Part shown: positions 36,894-47,588 of the stretch, in pieces
Layout: the number at the start of each line of letters is the position of its first letter
Numbering within the stretch: position 1 is the stretch's first letter
NCBI GenBank assembly: GCA_040386535.1
Contig: JAZKFH010000032.1
Coordinates: 224,001-288,000, forward strand
Length of the DNA stretch: 64,000 bases
Reading direction: 5' to 3'
From: Myxococcota bacterium
Lineage (GTDB): Bacteria; Myxococcota_A; UBA796; SXON01
The notes under the pieces: generated by a model
Database searches by the model: none
What the model was told of the DNA's origin: nothing
Seen by the model: only the letters and a program-made list of their open reading frames with translations
Program-made: the position numbers and the translations under genes

Positions 36894-38962
36894 GCCGGGG
36901 CGACCCGAACGGCGCGATCCGTGGTGAATTCCTCGAGGCCTACCTCGGGGAGGTGGACGAGCTGCTCAACAGCGCGAACGGCCTGCTCTTGGCGATCGAC
37001 GCCCCGCAGCGCAACCGCGAGCCCACGCCCCGTCAGGTCCGCGACCTGTTCCGCGCCATGCACACGGTCAAGGGGCTCTCCGCCATGGTGGGCGTCGAGC
37101 CGGTGGTGTCGCTGGCGCATCGCGCGGAGGCGTTGCTTCGGAGCGCCGATCGTTCCGGAGGCCTGCTCCGGCCCGGCGCCGTCGATCTGCTCCTGCAGGC
37201 GGTCCGGGCGATCGAGCAGCGGGTCCGGGCGCTTGGTCAGCAGAAGCCGGTGCCCGCGGCACCCGCGGCCCTCCTCGACGCGCTCGACGCCATCGAGGAG
37301 GGCGTCGTACCCGAGCCGCGCGCCGCCCCGGCGGCCCTCGTGCTCGATCCCGCGCTCGACGCGAAGCTCGCGCCCTTCGAGCGGCAAGCCCTCGCGCGCG
37401 GCGTGCGTGACGGCAAGCGCGTGGTGTGCGTCCGCTTCGCGCCCGCTCCCGCGCTCGCCGCGGAGGGCGTGACGATCAACAGCGTGCGCGAGCGGCTGGG
37501 CAGCGTCGCCGAGATCGTCAAGGTCGTGCCGGTGTCCGTGCCCCGCTCGGACGCGGCGCCCGCCGGGCTCTCGTTCGTTCTGCTGGTGATCACCCCCGCG
37601 GACGATGCGAGCATCGCGTCTTCCGTCGGGCTCGATCCGAGCGCGATCGAGTGCCTCGCCGAGGGCGCGGCCCCCGCCGTGGTCGTCGCACAGGAGGCGC
37701 CCGAGCGCGCGTCGAGCCTGGACGACGAGATCGCGGACGAGGAGCTCGTGCACCGCAACTTCGTGCGGGTCGAGGTCGATCGGCTCGACGACACCATCAC
37801 CGAGCTCGCGCAGCTCGCCGTGAGTCGCGCGGCGCTCGGCCGAGAGATCGCGAAGCTCGCGGCGAAGGGTGTCGACGTCCGGGATCTGAACGCGGTGACC
37901 CGCGATCAGGACCGCAAGGCCCGCGCGTTGCGTGCCGCCATCCTGCGGCTCCGAATGGTCCCCGTCGGCGACGTGTTCGAACGCGTCCCGCTGATCGTCC
38001 GCGGCCTCCGGCGGTCGACCGGCAAGAGCGTGCGCCTCGAGATCGAGGCGGGGCGTGCCGAGCTCGACAAGGCCGTCGCGGACCGGATCTTCCCGGTGAT
38101 CGTCCACCTCGTGCGCAACGCGGTCGATCACGCCATCGAAGCCCCGGACGCCCGCGTCGCCGCCGGCAAGCCCACCGAGGGCCTCGTGCGGATCACCTGT
38201 CGCTCCCGCGGCAACGCCCAGCTCGAGCTGCAGGTCACCGACGACGGTGGCGGCGTGAACGCCGCGGAGCTCGCCCGACGCGCCGGTCGCCCCCTCCCCA
38301 CCACCAACGCCGCGTTGTTGCAGCTGTTGTGTCGGCCGGGGCTCTCCACCCGCGACGAGGTGACCGACACGAGCGGCCGCGGGATGGGCATGGACATCGT
38401 CCGCCAGGTCGTGGTCGACCAGCTCGGCGGCGAGCTGACCCTCGAGACCACGCCCGGCGTCGGGACGACCTTCGCGCTGCGGGTGCCGCTGACCATCTCC
38501 ATCGTCGACGCGTTCGCGTTCGAGTGTGGCGCGCAGCGGTTCCTCGTCCCGCTCTCCACGGTCGACGCGATCGTCGAGATCGACCCCGCGGCCGTCGTGT
38601 CCCCACCCGGGCGCGGCGGGCTCGCGCTCCTTTCGCGGCGCGGCGAGAGCCTGCCGCTCGTCCAGCTCGACGTCCTCTTCGGCCTCGAGGATCCCCGCAC
38701 GATCCGCACGCGGCCGAAGGCGATGATCGTGCGCCGGGAAGACGTGGCGCTCGCGTTCGCGTTCGACCGCATGCTCGGGCAGATGGAGATCGTCGTGCGG
38801 CCGCTGACCGACCCGCTCGTCAACATGCGGGGGATCGCCGGCGCGGCGGATCTCGGTGACGGGCAGCCCACCCTCGTGGTCGACCTGTACGCGCTCGGCG
38901 CGCGGTTGGCCGACTCCGGCCTGCCAGATCGTCCAACCCCCGATAGAACGGTGCCGGCATGA
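36890..38962 (+). CDS. cheA: Chemotaxis histidine kinase CheA
   Basis: FRAMHTVKG (Hpt), [25 protein letters not shown] and a C-terminal CheW domain. Confidence 0.95.
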   Translation: MSRGDPNGAIRGEFLEAYLGEVDELLNSANGLLLAIDAPQRNREPTPRQVRDLFRAMHTVKGLSAMVGVEPVVSLAHRAEALLRSADRSGGLLRPGAVDLLLQAVRAIEQRVRALGQQKPVPAAPAALLDALDAIEEGVVPEPRAAPAALVLDPALDAKLAPFERQALARGVRDGKRVVCVRFAPAPALAAEGVTINSVRERLGSVAEIVKVVPVSVPRSDAAPAGLSFVLLVITPADDASIASSVGLDPSAIECLAEGAAPAVVVAQEAPERASSLDDEIADEELVHRNFVRVEVDRLDDTITELAQLAVSRAALGREIAKLAAKGVDVRDLNAVTRDQDRKARALRAAILRLRMVPVGDVFERVPLIVRGLRRSTGKSVRLEIEAGRAELDKAVADRIFPVIVHLVRNAVDHAIEAPDARVAAGKPTEGLVRITCRSRGNAQLELQVTDDGGGVNAAELARRAGRPLPTTNAALLQLLCRPGLSTRDEVTDTSGRGMGMDIVRQVVVDQLGGELTLETTPGVGTTFALRVPLTISIVDAFAFECGAQRFLVPLSTVDAIVEIDPAAVVSPPGRGGLALLSRRGESLPLVQLDVLFGLEDPRTIRTRPKAMIVRREDVALAFAFDRMLGQMEIVVRPLTDPLVNMRGIAGAADLGDGQPTLVVDLYALGARLADSGLPDRPTPDRTVPA

Positions 38963-39399
38963 TCGAAGAGCTGCACGTGCTGTTCCGGGTGGGGGCCGCC
39001 GAGTACGCGCTGCCCGCACGGCAGGTCTCCCAGATGGAGTCCTTCGCCGGGGTGACGCGGATCCCGGGCGCGGCGCCGCATGTCGCGGGGATCGTGCAGG
39101 TCCGCGGTCGCGTGGTGCCGGTCATCGACCTGCGGGTGAAGTTCGGGTTGGAGGCGACCCCGGCCACGCAGGACAGCCGCCTCGTGGTCACGCAGATCGG
39201 AGATCGGCAGGTGGCGTTGCTCGTCGACGGGGCCCGGGAGGTCATCCGGCTCTCGCCCGAGAACGTGCGCCCGCCGCCGCCGATGGTGGTCGTTCAAAGT
39301 CGCGGGATCGTGCGGGCGATCGCCCAGATCGGGTCTCGCGTCGTGATGTTGGTGGATGCCGACGGTCTCGTCGGAGAGGAGACGCTCGATGGCGCGTGA
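38959..39399 (+). CDS. cheW: CheW
   Basis: [25 protein letters not shown] motif. Confidence 0.93.
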   Translation: MIEELHVLFRVGAAEYALPARQVSQMESFAGVTRIPGAAPHVAGIVQVRGRVVPVIDLRVKFGLEATPATQDSRLVVTQIGDRQVALLVDGAREVIRLSPENVRPPPPMVVVQSRGIVRAIAQIGSRVVMLVDADGLVGEETLDGA

Positions 39400-41725
39400 C
39401 GAACAGGCGAGCCCCCCCCGGCGGGCGGGCGCGAAGGCGGCCCGCAACGGCGTCGCCGCGACCTCGGCGGACTTCGCGTCCCTGCTGGACACCGTGTCGG
39501 CCGCGATCGAGGAAACGTCGGCCTCCACCGAGGAGCTGACGCGCTCCCAGCGCGCCGTCCGTGACCTCACCGTGCGGATCGCAAAGGGCTCGGAGGAGAC
39601 GAGCGCGAGCCTCGGCCAGGCCGCGGTCGCCATCCGCGAGCTCGGCGCCGAGAGCACCCAGCTGGCGGAGGCCGCCGAGACCACCGCGGTGACCCTCGAG
39701 GAGGTGGCGCGGTCCGTGCACGCCGTGTCCGGCAGCTGCGAGGAGCTCGCCGCGACGAGCGACAGCCTGCTCGCGACGTCGACCGAGACCAGCCGCGCCG
39801 TCGACGAGGTGTCCAAGCGGGGCGAGAGCACCGCGGCCGCCGTCGAGGAGCTCGCCGCCACGCTCGAGGAGATGTCGGCGGGTGTGGGCCGCCTCGCCAC
39901 CGACGCGCGGACGGTGGGGGAGCGCGTCGAGCAGCTCGCCGGCTCCGTCATCACCGTGGGGCACGGGCTCACCGAGGTCGCACGCAGCGCCTCGGAGATG
40001 GCCTCGTCGGTGGAAGAGAGCTCCGCCACCACCGAAGAGGTCGCGCGTTCGATCCGCAGCGTCTCCGACAACGCGCGCCAGCTCCAGACCGCGGCGGCGG
40101 ACGCCGCGAGCACCGCGACCGAGATCGCCGCCTCGGTGGAAGAGGTGGCCGCCACCGCCCTGAAGAACGCGGCCGCGGTCGACTCGAGCGTCGCCTCGAT
40201 CGAGCAGCTCACCCGCAGCGCGGACGCGGTGTCGCGCGCCGCGAGCAACATCGACCAGCTCGCCACGACCAGCGCCGCGGCCGCGTCCCAGCTCGAGTCG
40301 TCCACCCGGCGCATCGCGCTGGTGTCCGAAGGCGCCCGGGCCACCGCGGAGCGCCTGGGCACCTCGGCCCGGGACGGCGGCGCGATCGTGGGGCGCTCCA
40401 TCGCCGGGATGGTGCGGATCCGCTCCTCGATCGCCGAGTCGGCGGGCGTGGTGAAGGAGATGGGGCGCCGCGTCGAAGAGATCGGGGACATCGTGCAGAC
40501 GATCAACCTCCTCGCCGATCGGACCAACCTCTTGTCGCTCAACGCGAGCATCGAGGCCGCCCGCGCCGGCGAGCACGGGCGTGGCTTCGCCGTGGTCGCC
40601 GAGGAGATCCGGGCCCTCGCCGACCGCGCCGCCGCCGCGAGCGCCGACGTGGCCAAGATCGTCCGCGGCCTCCAGAGCACGGCCCGCGACGCGGTGACCA
40701 GCTCCGCCGAGGGCTTGCGCAGCGCGGACGAGGGCGCGTCGCTCGCCAGTGACGCGGAGCGCGCCCTCACCCAGGTGCTCGGCGCCGTCGACGAGCTCGG
40801 CAACGCCGTGCGTGAGGTCTCGAAGGGCACCGGCGAGCAGGTGACCGCCGTCCAGGCGGTGGTGCAGGCCACCGGACGTACGAGCGAGCAGGCGCGCGGC
40901 ATCTCGACCGCCGCGGCCGAGCAGCTCCAGGCCGCGCGGGCGCTCGCGCTGGGCGGCGGCGAGATGCGGAACATGGCGCGCCAGACGACCGCGGCCACCG
41001 GGGAGCAGGCGAAGGCGCTGCGGGATCTCGTGAAGGTGAACGCCCAGCTGCTGTCGGGCGCGGAGCAGGTCGCCAAGGCGACCCAGGAGCAGGCGATCGC
41101 CACGTCGGATCTCGCCCGCGCCGGGGCGCACCTGCGCACCCTGACCCGGCAGGTGGCGACCGCGACGAGCGACCAGAGCCGGAACGTCGCCGCGATCGGC
41201 GCGCTCGGGACCGAGGTGGGGACGGCCACGCAGCGCACGGTGAGCGGGCTCGGCGAGCAGTCACGCGCGATCGCGGAGGCCGCGCGGGCGATGGACGATC
41301 TCCGTCGCCAGGTGGTGTCGGGTGCCCGCGGTATCGCCGAGCAGGCCCAGGCCGCGCGCCACGTCGAGGACGCCGCGCGAAAGGTCGCCGGGCTCGCCAA
41401 GAGCGTGACTCGGGCCACGGAGGAGCAGGCCTCCGCCACCGCGTCGCTCACGCGCGGCGCCGACCAGGTCCGGCGCGTGTCCAAGAAGGCGGCACGGACG
41501 CTCGAAGACCAGGGAGTCGTCCTCGAACAGGTGGCCACGGAGGCGGCGAAGCAGGCGATCGCGGTGGCCTCCATCGCCAGCGCCACCGCCGAGCAGGCCG
41601 CGGCGAGCGAGCAGATCATGCGGATGATCACGCACCTGCGCGCGTCGGCCCAGCAGGTGGTCGAGGTTGCCCGCCGCGCCCGACCGGAGGCGACCGCGCC
41701 GCCGGATGCCGAGGATCCGGCATGA
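39389..41725 (+). CDS. Cytoplasmic methyl-accepting chemotaxis protein with extended heptad repeats
   Basis: [30 protein letters not shown] signature. No transmembrane segment visible. Confidence 0.93.
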   Translation: MARDEQASPPRRAGAKAARNGVAATSADFASLLDTVSAAIEETSASTEELTRSQRAVRDLTVRIAKGSEETSASLGQAAVAIRELGAESTQLAEAAETTAVTLEEVARSVHAVSGSCEELAATSDSLLATSTETSRAVDEVSKRGESTAAAVEELAATLEEMSAGVGRLATDARTVGERVEQLAGSVITVGHGLTEVARSASEMASSVEESSATTEEVARSIRSVSDNARQLQTAAADAASTATEIAASVEEVAATALKNAAAVDSSVASIEQLTRSADAVSRAASNIDQLATTSAAAASQLESSTRRIALVSEGARATAERLGTSARDGGAIVGRSIAGMVRIRSSIAESAGVVKEMGRRVEEIGDIVQTINLLADRTNLLSLNASIEAARAGEHGRGFAVVAEEIRALADRAAAASADVAKIVRGLQSTARDAVTSSAEGLRSADEGASLASDAERALTQVLGAVDELGNAVREVSKGTGEQVTAVQAVVQATGRTSEQARGISTAAAEQLQAARALALGGGEMRNMARQTTAATGEQAKALRDLVKVNAQLLSGAEQVAKATQEQAIATSDLARAGAHLRTLTRQVATATSDQSRNVAAIGALGTEVGTATQRTVSGLGEQSRAIAEAARAMDDLRRQVVSGARGIAEQAQAARHVEDAARKVAGLAKSVTRATEEQASATASLTRGADQVRRVSKKAARTLEDQGVVLEQVATEAAKQAIAVASIASATAEQAAASEQIMRMITHLRASAQQVVEVARRARPEATAPPDAEDPA

Positions 41726-44070
41726 GCGAGCCGGTGCCGGCGCTCTCGAGCGCGGATCGGGAGCGCCTCGACGAGGTCGATGAGCTCGCCCGGGGCGAGG
41801 ACGCCGTGGGCGAGCTGATCGCGCGCCTGAGCGACCCGAAGTGGCCGGTGCGTCGCGCCGTCGTCGCCGCCCTGGGGCAGCTCGGCGATCGCGCGGTCAC
41901 GCCGCTGGTCGTGTCGCTCGTGTCCGACCGCACCGACGAGCGCCGGATGGCCGCCACCGTCGATGCCCTCGTGGCGTCGGTCGGGGACCCCGACGCGGCG
42001 CTGCTGGCGCTCGACGACGCCACGCCCGCCGTGTTGTGCGACATCGCCCAAGTGCTCGGCCGCCGCCGCAGCGCCGCCGCGGTGGGCACGCTCGTCGCCT
42101 GGGTCGCGCACGAAGACGACAACGTCGCCATCGCGGCGATGGAGGCGTTGGGCCGCATCGGGGGAGGCGCCGGGGTGGACGCCCTCGCCGGCGCCGCGGG
42201 GAGCGGCAACGTGTTCCGCACGTTCGGCGCGGTCGAGGTGCTCGCCCGTTGCCAGGACCCGCAGGCGCTGGCGCCCCTCGTCGAGCTGCTCCGGGATCCG
42301 CTCGCCGGCGGCGAGGCCACGCGCGCGCTCGGGCGCCGGGGGCTGGCCGACGCGGTCCCGGCGCTCACACAGCTGCTCGATTCGCACGCAGGCGCGCGCG
42401 TTCGCAGCGCCGCGACGGCACTGGTGGCGATCGCGAGCCGCTTCGTCCGCCAGTTCGGCACCGCCGACGCGATCGCGCGCGAGGTGCGGGCCGCCATCGC
42501 CGACCCGGGGTCGACCGCGGGCGAGCTGGCCCGCGCCGCCGCCGAGGGCGACAGCGAGGAGCGCGTCGCGATCGCACGCGTGCTCGGATGGCTCCAGGAT
42601 GCACGCGGTGCCGCGTCTCTCGTCGAGCTCCTGGTGGACGAGCCGGACGTCGCCCGCGCCGCGTTGACCGCGCTCGCCGAGCTCGGCCCCACCGCGACCC
42701 CGTTCCTGCTCGCGGCGCTCGTCGCGGGGGACAGCGACGCGCGGATCCTGTTGTTGTCGGCGGTGCCGAACATTCCGGAGGTCGGCGAGGCCGTGTCCGT
42801 GTGCCTGGCGGATCCGGAGCCCGACGTGCGCCGCCTCGCCTGCGAGCTCCTCGCGCGCGCCCACGCCGTCTCGGCCGTCCCGGCGTTGTTCGGGACACTC
42901 GACGATCCGGACGCGCGGGTCGGCCAGGCCGCCGCCTCCGCGATCCAGGCGCTCGGGCACGACCGCACCGAGGCGCTCTCGCTCGAGGCAGCGGCGTCGC
43001 CCTCGCCGCGGGTGCGCCGCGCCGGCCTGCGCCTGCTCGGCTACTTCGGGTGGCCGTCCGGGATCGACACGCTCATCGACGCCGCGCGGACCGGGCCCGA
43101 TCGGCTGCGGGAAACGGCGCTGCAGAGCCTCGCGTACGTCGACGACCCGCGCGCCCTCGCGGCGTTGTACGCCGCCGGTGTCGGGGAGCGTGCGTCCGAG
43201 CGTGCTGGCGCCATGCGCGCGCTCGGCAACGTGACGCCCGGCTCGGAGACCATCGAGCGCATCTCCGCCGGGATGTCCGACCCCGACGCGTGGGTCCGGT
43301 ACTACGCGTGCCAGTCGGCCGGCCGCCTCGGCGCGGTCGGGCTGCTCGACGCCCTCATCGAGCGGCTCCGCGATCCCGCGGCCCAGGTGCGCATCGCGGT
43401 GGTCGACGCGCTCGCGCGGATCCCCGCGCCCGCCGCGATCCGGGCGTTGCTCGACGCGGCGGCCGACCCCGATCCCGATCTCCGGCGCGCCGCGATCCTC
43501 GGCCTCGGCACCTCTCGGCCCCCCGAAGCGTTGGCCCCGATCGCCGCCGCGGCGAGCGGCGCCGAGGTCACGACGCGGCTGGTCGCGCTCTCGGCGCTGG
43601 GCGGGTTCGAGAGCGCCGACGTCGAGCCCATCCTGCTCGCCGCGGCCCGCGACGCCGACGAATCCGTGCACAACACGGCGGTCGCCGTTCTCGCGGGTCG
43701 GTCCGGCATCCGCGCTACCGGCGCGCTGGTCGGCCTGCTCGAGCAGGCGAGCACCCACCAGGCGGTGGTCGACGCGCTGGCCACCTGGGCGCCGGGCCGG
43801 ATCCCGGGCATGTTGTTGGCGTTGGAAGAGGCGGACGCCGCCACCACGTCGTCCCTCGTCTCCGCCCTCGCGCGGATGGACCGGGCCGAGGCACGGGCCG
43901 CGCTCGGCGTCGTCCTGGTGATGGAGCGTGTGGCGCTCCGTCGCGCCGCCGCCGCCGCGCTCGCCGCGATCGGCGCCGGAACGTCCCGCTTGCAACTCGA
44001 ACGATCCGCGTCCGTGGATCCGGACCCCGAAGTCCGGCTCCTCGCGCGCCATGCGCTCGCCCACGCATGA
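41722..44070 (+). CDS. HEAT-repeat protein (Cpc7-like)
   Basis: Many L.D.D..VR..A..AL repeats, located between the MCP and cheR. Confidence 0.9.
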   Translation: MSEPVPALSSADRERLDEVDELARGEDAVGELIARLSDPKWPVRRAVVAALGQLGDRAVTPLVVSLVSDRTDERRMAATVDALVASVGDPDAALLALDDATPAVLCDIAQVLGRRRSAAAVGTLVAWVAHEDDNVAIAAMEALGRIGGGAGVDALAGAAGSGNVFRTFGAVEVLARCQDPQALAPLVELLRDPLAGGEATRALGRRGLADAVPALTQLLDSHAGARVRSAATALVAIASRFVRQFGTADAIAREVRAAIADPGSTAGELARAAAEGDSEERVAIARVLGWLQDARGAASLVELLVDEPDVARAALTALAELGPTATPFLLAALVAGDSDARILLLSAVPNIPEVGEAVSVCLADPEPDVRRLACELLARAHAVSAVPALFGTLDDPDARVGQAAASAIQALGHDRTEALSLEAAASPSPRVRRAGLRLLGYFGWPSGIDTLIDAARTGPDRLRETALQSLAYVDDPRALAALYAAGVGERASERAGAMRALGNVTPGSETIERISAGMSDPDAWVRYYACQSAGRLGAVGLLDALIERLRDPAAQVRIAVVDALARIPAPAAIRALLDAAADPDPDLRRAAILGLGTSRPPEALAPIAAAASGAEVTTRLVALSALGGFESADVEPILLAAARDADESVHNTAVAVLAGRSGIRATGALVGLLEQASTHQAVVDALATWAPGRIPGMLLALEEADAATTSSLVSALARMDRAEARAALGVVLVMERVALRRAAAAALAAIGAGTSRLQLERSASVDPDPEVRLLARHALAHA

Positions 44071-44885
44071 TCTCGGACCCCGAAGAGCTCGCCGTCACCC
44101 TGCTGGCGCAGCTGATCGAGCGCCGGATCGGCCTGCACTACGCGGTGCGGGATCGCCCGATCCTGGCCGGCAAGCTCCGCGATCACGCCGACGCGGAAGG
44201 GTTCGACTCCCTGCTCGACTTCTACCGGTCGGTCGAGTACGACGACCTCGGCGGCGAGCGCTTGAACACGCTGGTCGACGTGCTCATCGTCGGCGAGACC
44301 TACTTCCTGCGGGAGAGGCCGGGGCTCGAGCGCGTCGTGGAGATCGTGCAGGAGCGGCGTAGCCGCCACCTGTCGACCCGCATCTGGTCGGCCGCGTGCG
44401 CCACGGGCGAGGAGATCCTGTCGCTCGCCGCGATGCTCGCGGAGCAGAACCTCTTGGAGGACGTGCGCCTCGTCGCGAGCGACGTGAGCGATCGGCAGCT
44501 CGCCCGCGCGAGGAAGGGCCACCACACCCTGCGTTCCTTGCGGCTGCTCCCCGACGGAATGCCGCCCTGGATCCGCGCGCAGGACGGCGTGGCCGTCGTC
44601 GATCCCCGGCTCACCCAGCGGGTGGACTGGCGCAAGGTGAACCTGATCGACAGCGCCGCGGTGGCGGCGCTCGGGCCGTTCGACGTGATCCTGTGCAGGA
44701 ACGTGCTGATCTATTTCGACGACGCGATGGTCGTCCGCGTGGCCGAGACCCTCGCCGACGCGCTGGTTCCCGGGGGCACCTTGCTGATCGGAACGTCGGA
44801 GTCCCTGCTCCGCTTCGCCACCTCGCTGCGCTGCGTCGAGTCGCGGGGCACCTTCCTGTACCGACGCCACGAGAACGCACGATGA
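44067..44885 (+). CDS. cheR: CheR methyltransferase
   Basis: VGETYFLRE, IWSAACATGEE and FDVILCRNVLIYF motifs. Confidence 0.95.
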   Translation: MISDPEELAVTLLAQLIERRIGLHYAVRDRPILAGKLRDHADAEGFDSLLDFYRSVEYDDLGGERLNTLVDVLIVGETYFLRERPGLERVVEIVQERRSRHLSTRIWSAACATGEEILSLAAMLAEQNLLEDVRLVASDVSDRQLARARKGHHTLRSLRLLPDGMPPWIRAQDGVAVVDPRLTQRVDWRKVNLIDSAAVAALGPFDVILCRNVLIYFDDAMVVRVAETLADALVPGGTLLIGTSESLLRFATSLRCVESRGTFLYRRHENAR

Positions 44886-45898
44886 CCCGCCGCATCCGGG
44901 TGCTCGTCGTCGACGATTCCGCGTTCGCGCGCAAGGTCGTGCGGGAGTGCCTCGCGCTCGACCCGCAGATCGAGGTCGTGGGCACGGCGCGGGACGGCCT
45001 CGATGCCCTCGAGAAGATCGCCGAGCTCTCGCCGGACGTGATCACCCTCGATCTGGTGATGCCGAACCTCGACGGCATCACGCTCCTGGGGCACCTCCCC
45101 GCCTCGCCGCCGCGCGTCGTCATCTGCAGCACCGCCGAAGTGGACAGCGCGATGGTGGTGCACGCGCTGTCGCTCGGCGCGATCGCGTCGGTACACAAGC
45201 CCACCGCGTTGGCGACCGAGCGCCTGTACGAGATCGGGCGGCCGTTGATCGAGGCGGTGAAGCTGGCGGCGAGCGCGGGCCACGTCGGCCCGGCAGCGCT
45301 CGAGCTGACGCCCCTGACCATCGCCCCCCGGGCGGTGCGGACCCAATTCCTCGCGATCGGAGCGTCGACCGGCGGCCCGCAGGCGATCTCGCAGATCCTC
45401 AAGGCGTTGCCCGCCGACTTTCCGGTGCCGGTCGCCGTCGTGGTGCACATGCCGAGCGGGTACACCGAGGGCTTCGCCTCGCGCCTGAACGACAACTGCG
45501 CCCTCGAAGTGATCGAGGCGCACGACGGCGCCGCGCTCGCCCCCGGTCGGGTGATCATCGCGCGCGGCGGGCTGCACCTGTGTGTCCACCCCTCGGGCGG
45601 CTCGGTCCGCTTGAGCGTGCAGCCGCTCGACCGACCGCACCGCCCCTCCGTCGACATCCTGTTCACCACGGCCGCGGCGGCGTTCCGCGACCGTACGCTG
45701 GCGGTGGTGCTCACGGGAATGGGAGACGACGGCCTCGTCGGCTCGCGGGCGGTGGTGTCCGCTGGCGGCCGGGTGCTGACGCAGTCCGCGGCGACCTGCG
45801 TCGTCTACGGGATGCCGCGGGTCGTGGCGGAGGCGGGCCTGTCGGCGGGGATCGCCGGGCTCGACGAGATGGCGAGGACGATCGGCTCCGCGTTGTAG
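44882..45898 (+). CDS. cheB: CheB methylesterase (REC-CheB)
   Basis: TLDLVMP, GASTGGP, VHMP, RPSVD, LTGMGDDG and VYGMP motifs. Confidence 0.95.
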   Translation: MTRRIRVLVVDDSAFARKVVRECLALDPQIEVVGTARDGLDALEKIAELSPDVITLDLVMPNLDGITLLGHLPASPPRVVICSTAEVDSAMVVHALSLGAIASVHKPTALATERLYEIGRPLIEAVKLAASAGHVGPAALELTPLTIAPRAVRTQFLAIGASTGGPQAISQILKALPADFPVPVAVVVHMPSGYTEGFASRLNDNCALEVIEAHDGAALAPGRVIIARGGLHLCVHPSGGSVRLSVQPLDRPHRPSVDILFTTAAAAFRDRTLAVVLTGMGDDGLVGSRAVVSAGGRVLTQSAATCVVYGMPRVVAEAGLSAGIAGLDEMARTIGSAL

Positions 45899-45933
45899 TC
45901 CAGGCCTCCTGCCACCAGCGCTCCGACCTCGTT

Positions 45934-46356
45934 ATGCGCCCCGCCACGGAGCGGGAGACTGCTCCTCGGAAGTTCCCATTGCGACGCGTACTCGTGGTCG
46001 ATGACAACGAAGACATCCGGTACCTGATGCAGGTGATCCTGACCGCGGGCGGCTACCACGTCGAGGTGGCGTCGGACGGGGTCGAGGCGATCGCGGCCCA
46101 GCAGCGCCAGGCGTTCGACCTCATCATCACGGACCTGTTCATGCCGCACCAGGACGGCATCGAGACCATCGCGACCCTGAGGAAGAGCTTCCCGGAGGTG
46201 CGGGTGATCGCCGTGTCCGGTGGTGGCCGGCTCCTCGCGTCCACGGGCTACCTCGCGACCGCGCTCGCCATCGGCGCGAACGCGGCGTTGGCGAAGCCGT
46301 TCGATCCCGAGCTGTTGCTGCAGACCGTGCGGAGCGTGTTGGCGGCGCAGCCGTAG
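45934..46356 (+). CDS. Single-domain response regulator
   Basis: VVDDN, TDLFMP, AVSGG and AKPF motifs. An alternative TTG start lies at 45979. Confidence 0.9.
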   Translation: MRPATERETAPRKFPLRRVLVVDDNEDIRYLMQVILTAGGYHVEVASDGVEAIAAQQRQAFDLIITDLFMPHQDGIETIATLRKSFPEVRVIAVSGGGRLLASTGYLATALAIGANAALAKPFDPELLLQTVRSVLAAQP

Positions 46357-46374
46357 GCGGCACGCGCCGATCTC

Positions 46375-46387
46375 GATTCGGGAGCAA
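46375..46387 (+). promoter_or_regulatory. Possible Ada box
   Basis: GAT-N6-GCAA about 60 nt upstream of ada. The E. coli pattern is AAT-N6-GCAA. Confidence 0.3.
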
Positions 46388-46447
46388 GAACCGGAGTGTC
46401 GGCCCTCCCCCGAGATGCGAGATTCTCGGCACCCCGGAGCGACGACG

Positions 46448-47551
46448 ATGCCCCCGCACGAGAATGCCGAGACCCTGCCGAGCGCGCACGATCCGCGCTG
46501 GACGCAGGTGGTGGCGCGAGACCGGACCGCGGATGGCACGTTCTGGTACTCGGTGGCGACCACGGGGGTGTACTGCCGGCCATCGTGCGCCGCGCGGACG
46601 GCCAACCCGAAGAACGTCCGGTTCCACCTCTCCACGGCGGACGCGGAGCGGGCCGGCTTCCGCGCGTGCAAGCGCTGCAAGCCCGACCAGGCGCCGCTCG
46701 AGGAGCGGTACGCGGCCATGGTGGCGGAGACCTGCCGGTCGATCGAGCGAGGCGTCGGCACGGCGCCCCTCGCGGCGCTCGCGGCCGGGGCCGGCATGAG
46801 CCCCTCCCACTTCCACCGCGTCTTCAAGGCGATCGCCGGCGTTACACCCAAGGCCTACGCGGCCTCCCACCAGGCCCGGCGCGTCCGGAACCAACTCACC
46901 CGGAGCAACACCGTGACCGACGCCATCTACGACGCGGGCTTCCACTCCAACGGCCGCTTCTACGAGAAGTCGGACCAGATGCTCGGCATGACACCAACCG
47001 CGTTTCGCGCGGGTGGCGCCGAGGTCACCATCCACTTCGCCGTCGGCGCCTGCTCGTTGGGCGCAATCCTGGTGGCGGCGAGCGCCCGGGGCATCTGCGC
47101 CATCCTGCTCGACGACGAGGCCGAGACGCTCGTGCGCGATCTGCAGGACCGCTTCCCCCGCGCGGAGCTGGTCGGCGGGGACGCGGCGTTCGAACAGTGG
47201 GTCGCCCAGGTGGTCGGGTTCGTCGAGGCGCCGGGCACGGGGCTCGATCTGCCGCTCGACGTGCGCGGCACCACGTTCCAGCAGCGGGTGTGGCAGGCGC
47301 TGCGCGAGATCCCCGCGGGGTCGACCGCCAGCTACACCGACATCGCGCGGCGCATCGGTGCCCCAAAGTCGGTACGCGCGGTGGCCGCGGCCTGCGCGGC
47401 GAACGCCATCGCGGTCGCGATTCCCTGCCATCGCGTCGTGAAACGAGATGGGTCGCTGTCCGGCTACCGATGGGGCGTGGAGCGCAAACGCACCCTGCTC
47501 GCCCGGGAAGGCGCCGCGAGCGGGAGCGCCCCCCCGCCCACCGTGCCCTGA
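46448..47551 (+). CDS. ada: Bifunctional transcriptional regulator / O6-methylguanine-DNA methyltransferase Ada
   Basis: TTGVYCRPSC and GFRACKRC Zn domain, AraC HTH (SPSHFHRVFK), IPCHRV active site. Confidence 0.96.
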   Translation: MPPHENAETLPSAHDPRWTQVVARDRTADGTFWYSVATTGVYCRPSCAARTANPKNVRFHLSTADAERAGFRACKRCKPDQAPLEERYAAMVAETCRSIERGVGTAPLAALAAGAGMSPSHFHRVFKAIAGVTPKAYAASHQARRVRNQLTRSNTVTDAIYDAGFHSNGRFYEKSDQMLGMTPTAFRAGGAEVTIHFAVGACSLGAILVAASARGICAILLDDEAETLVRDLQDRFPRAELVGGDAAFEQWVAQVVGFVEAPGTGLDLPLDVRGTTFQQRVWQALREIPAGSTASYTDIARRIGAPKSVRAVAAACAANAIAVAIPCHRVVKRDGSLSGYRWGVERKRTLLAREGAASGSAPPPTVP

Positions 47552-47588
47552 CGAACGGGATACAACGCCGCCGACGCAAGGATCCCTG

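Noticed and set aside
38128..44064. 1978-aa minus-strand ORF
   Set aside because: Antisense shadow of cheA-cheW-mcp-HEAT in high-GC DNA, with no motifs.
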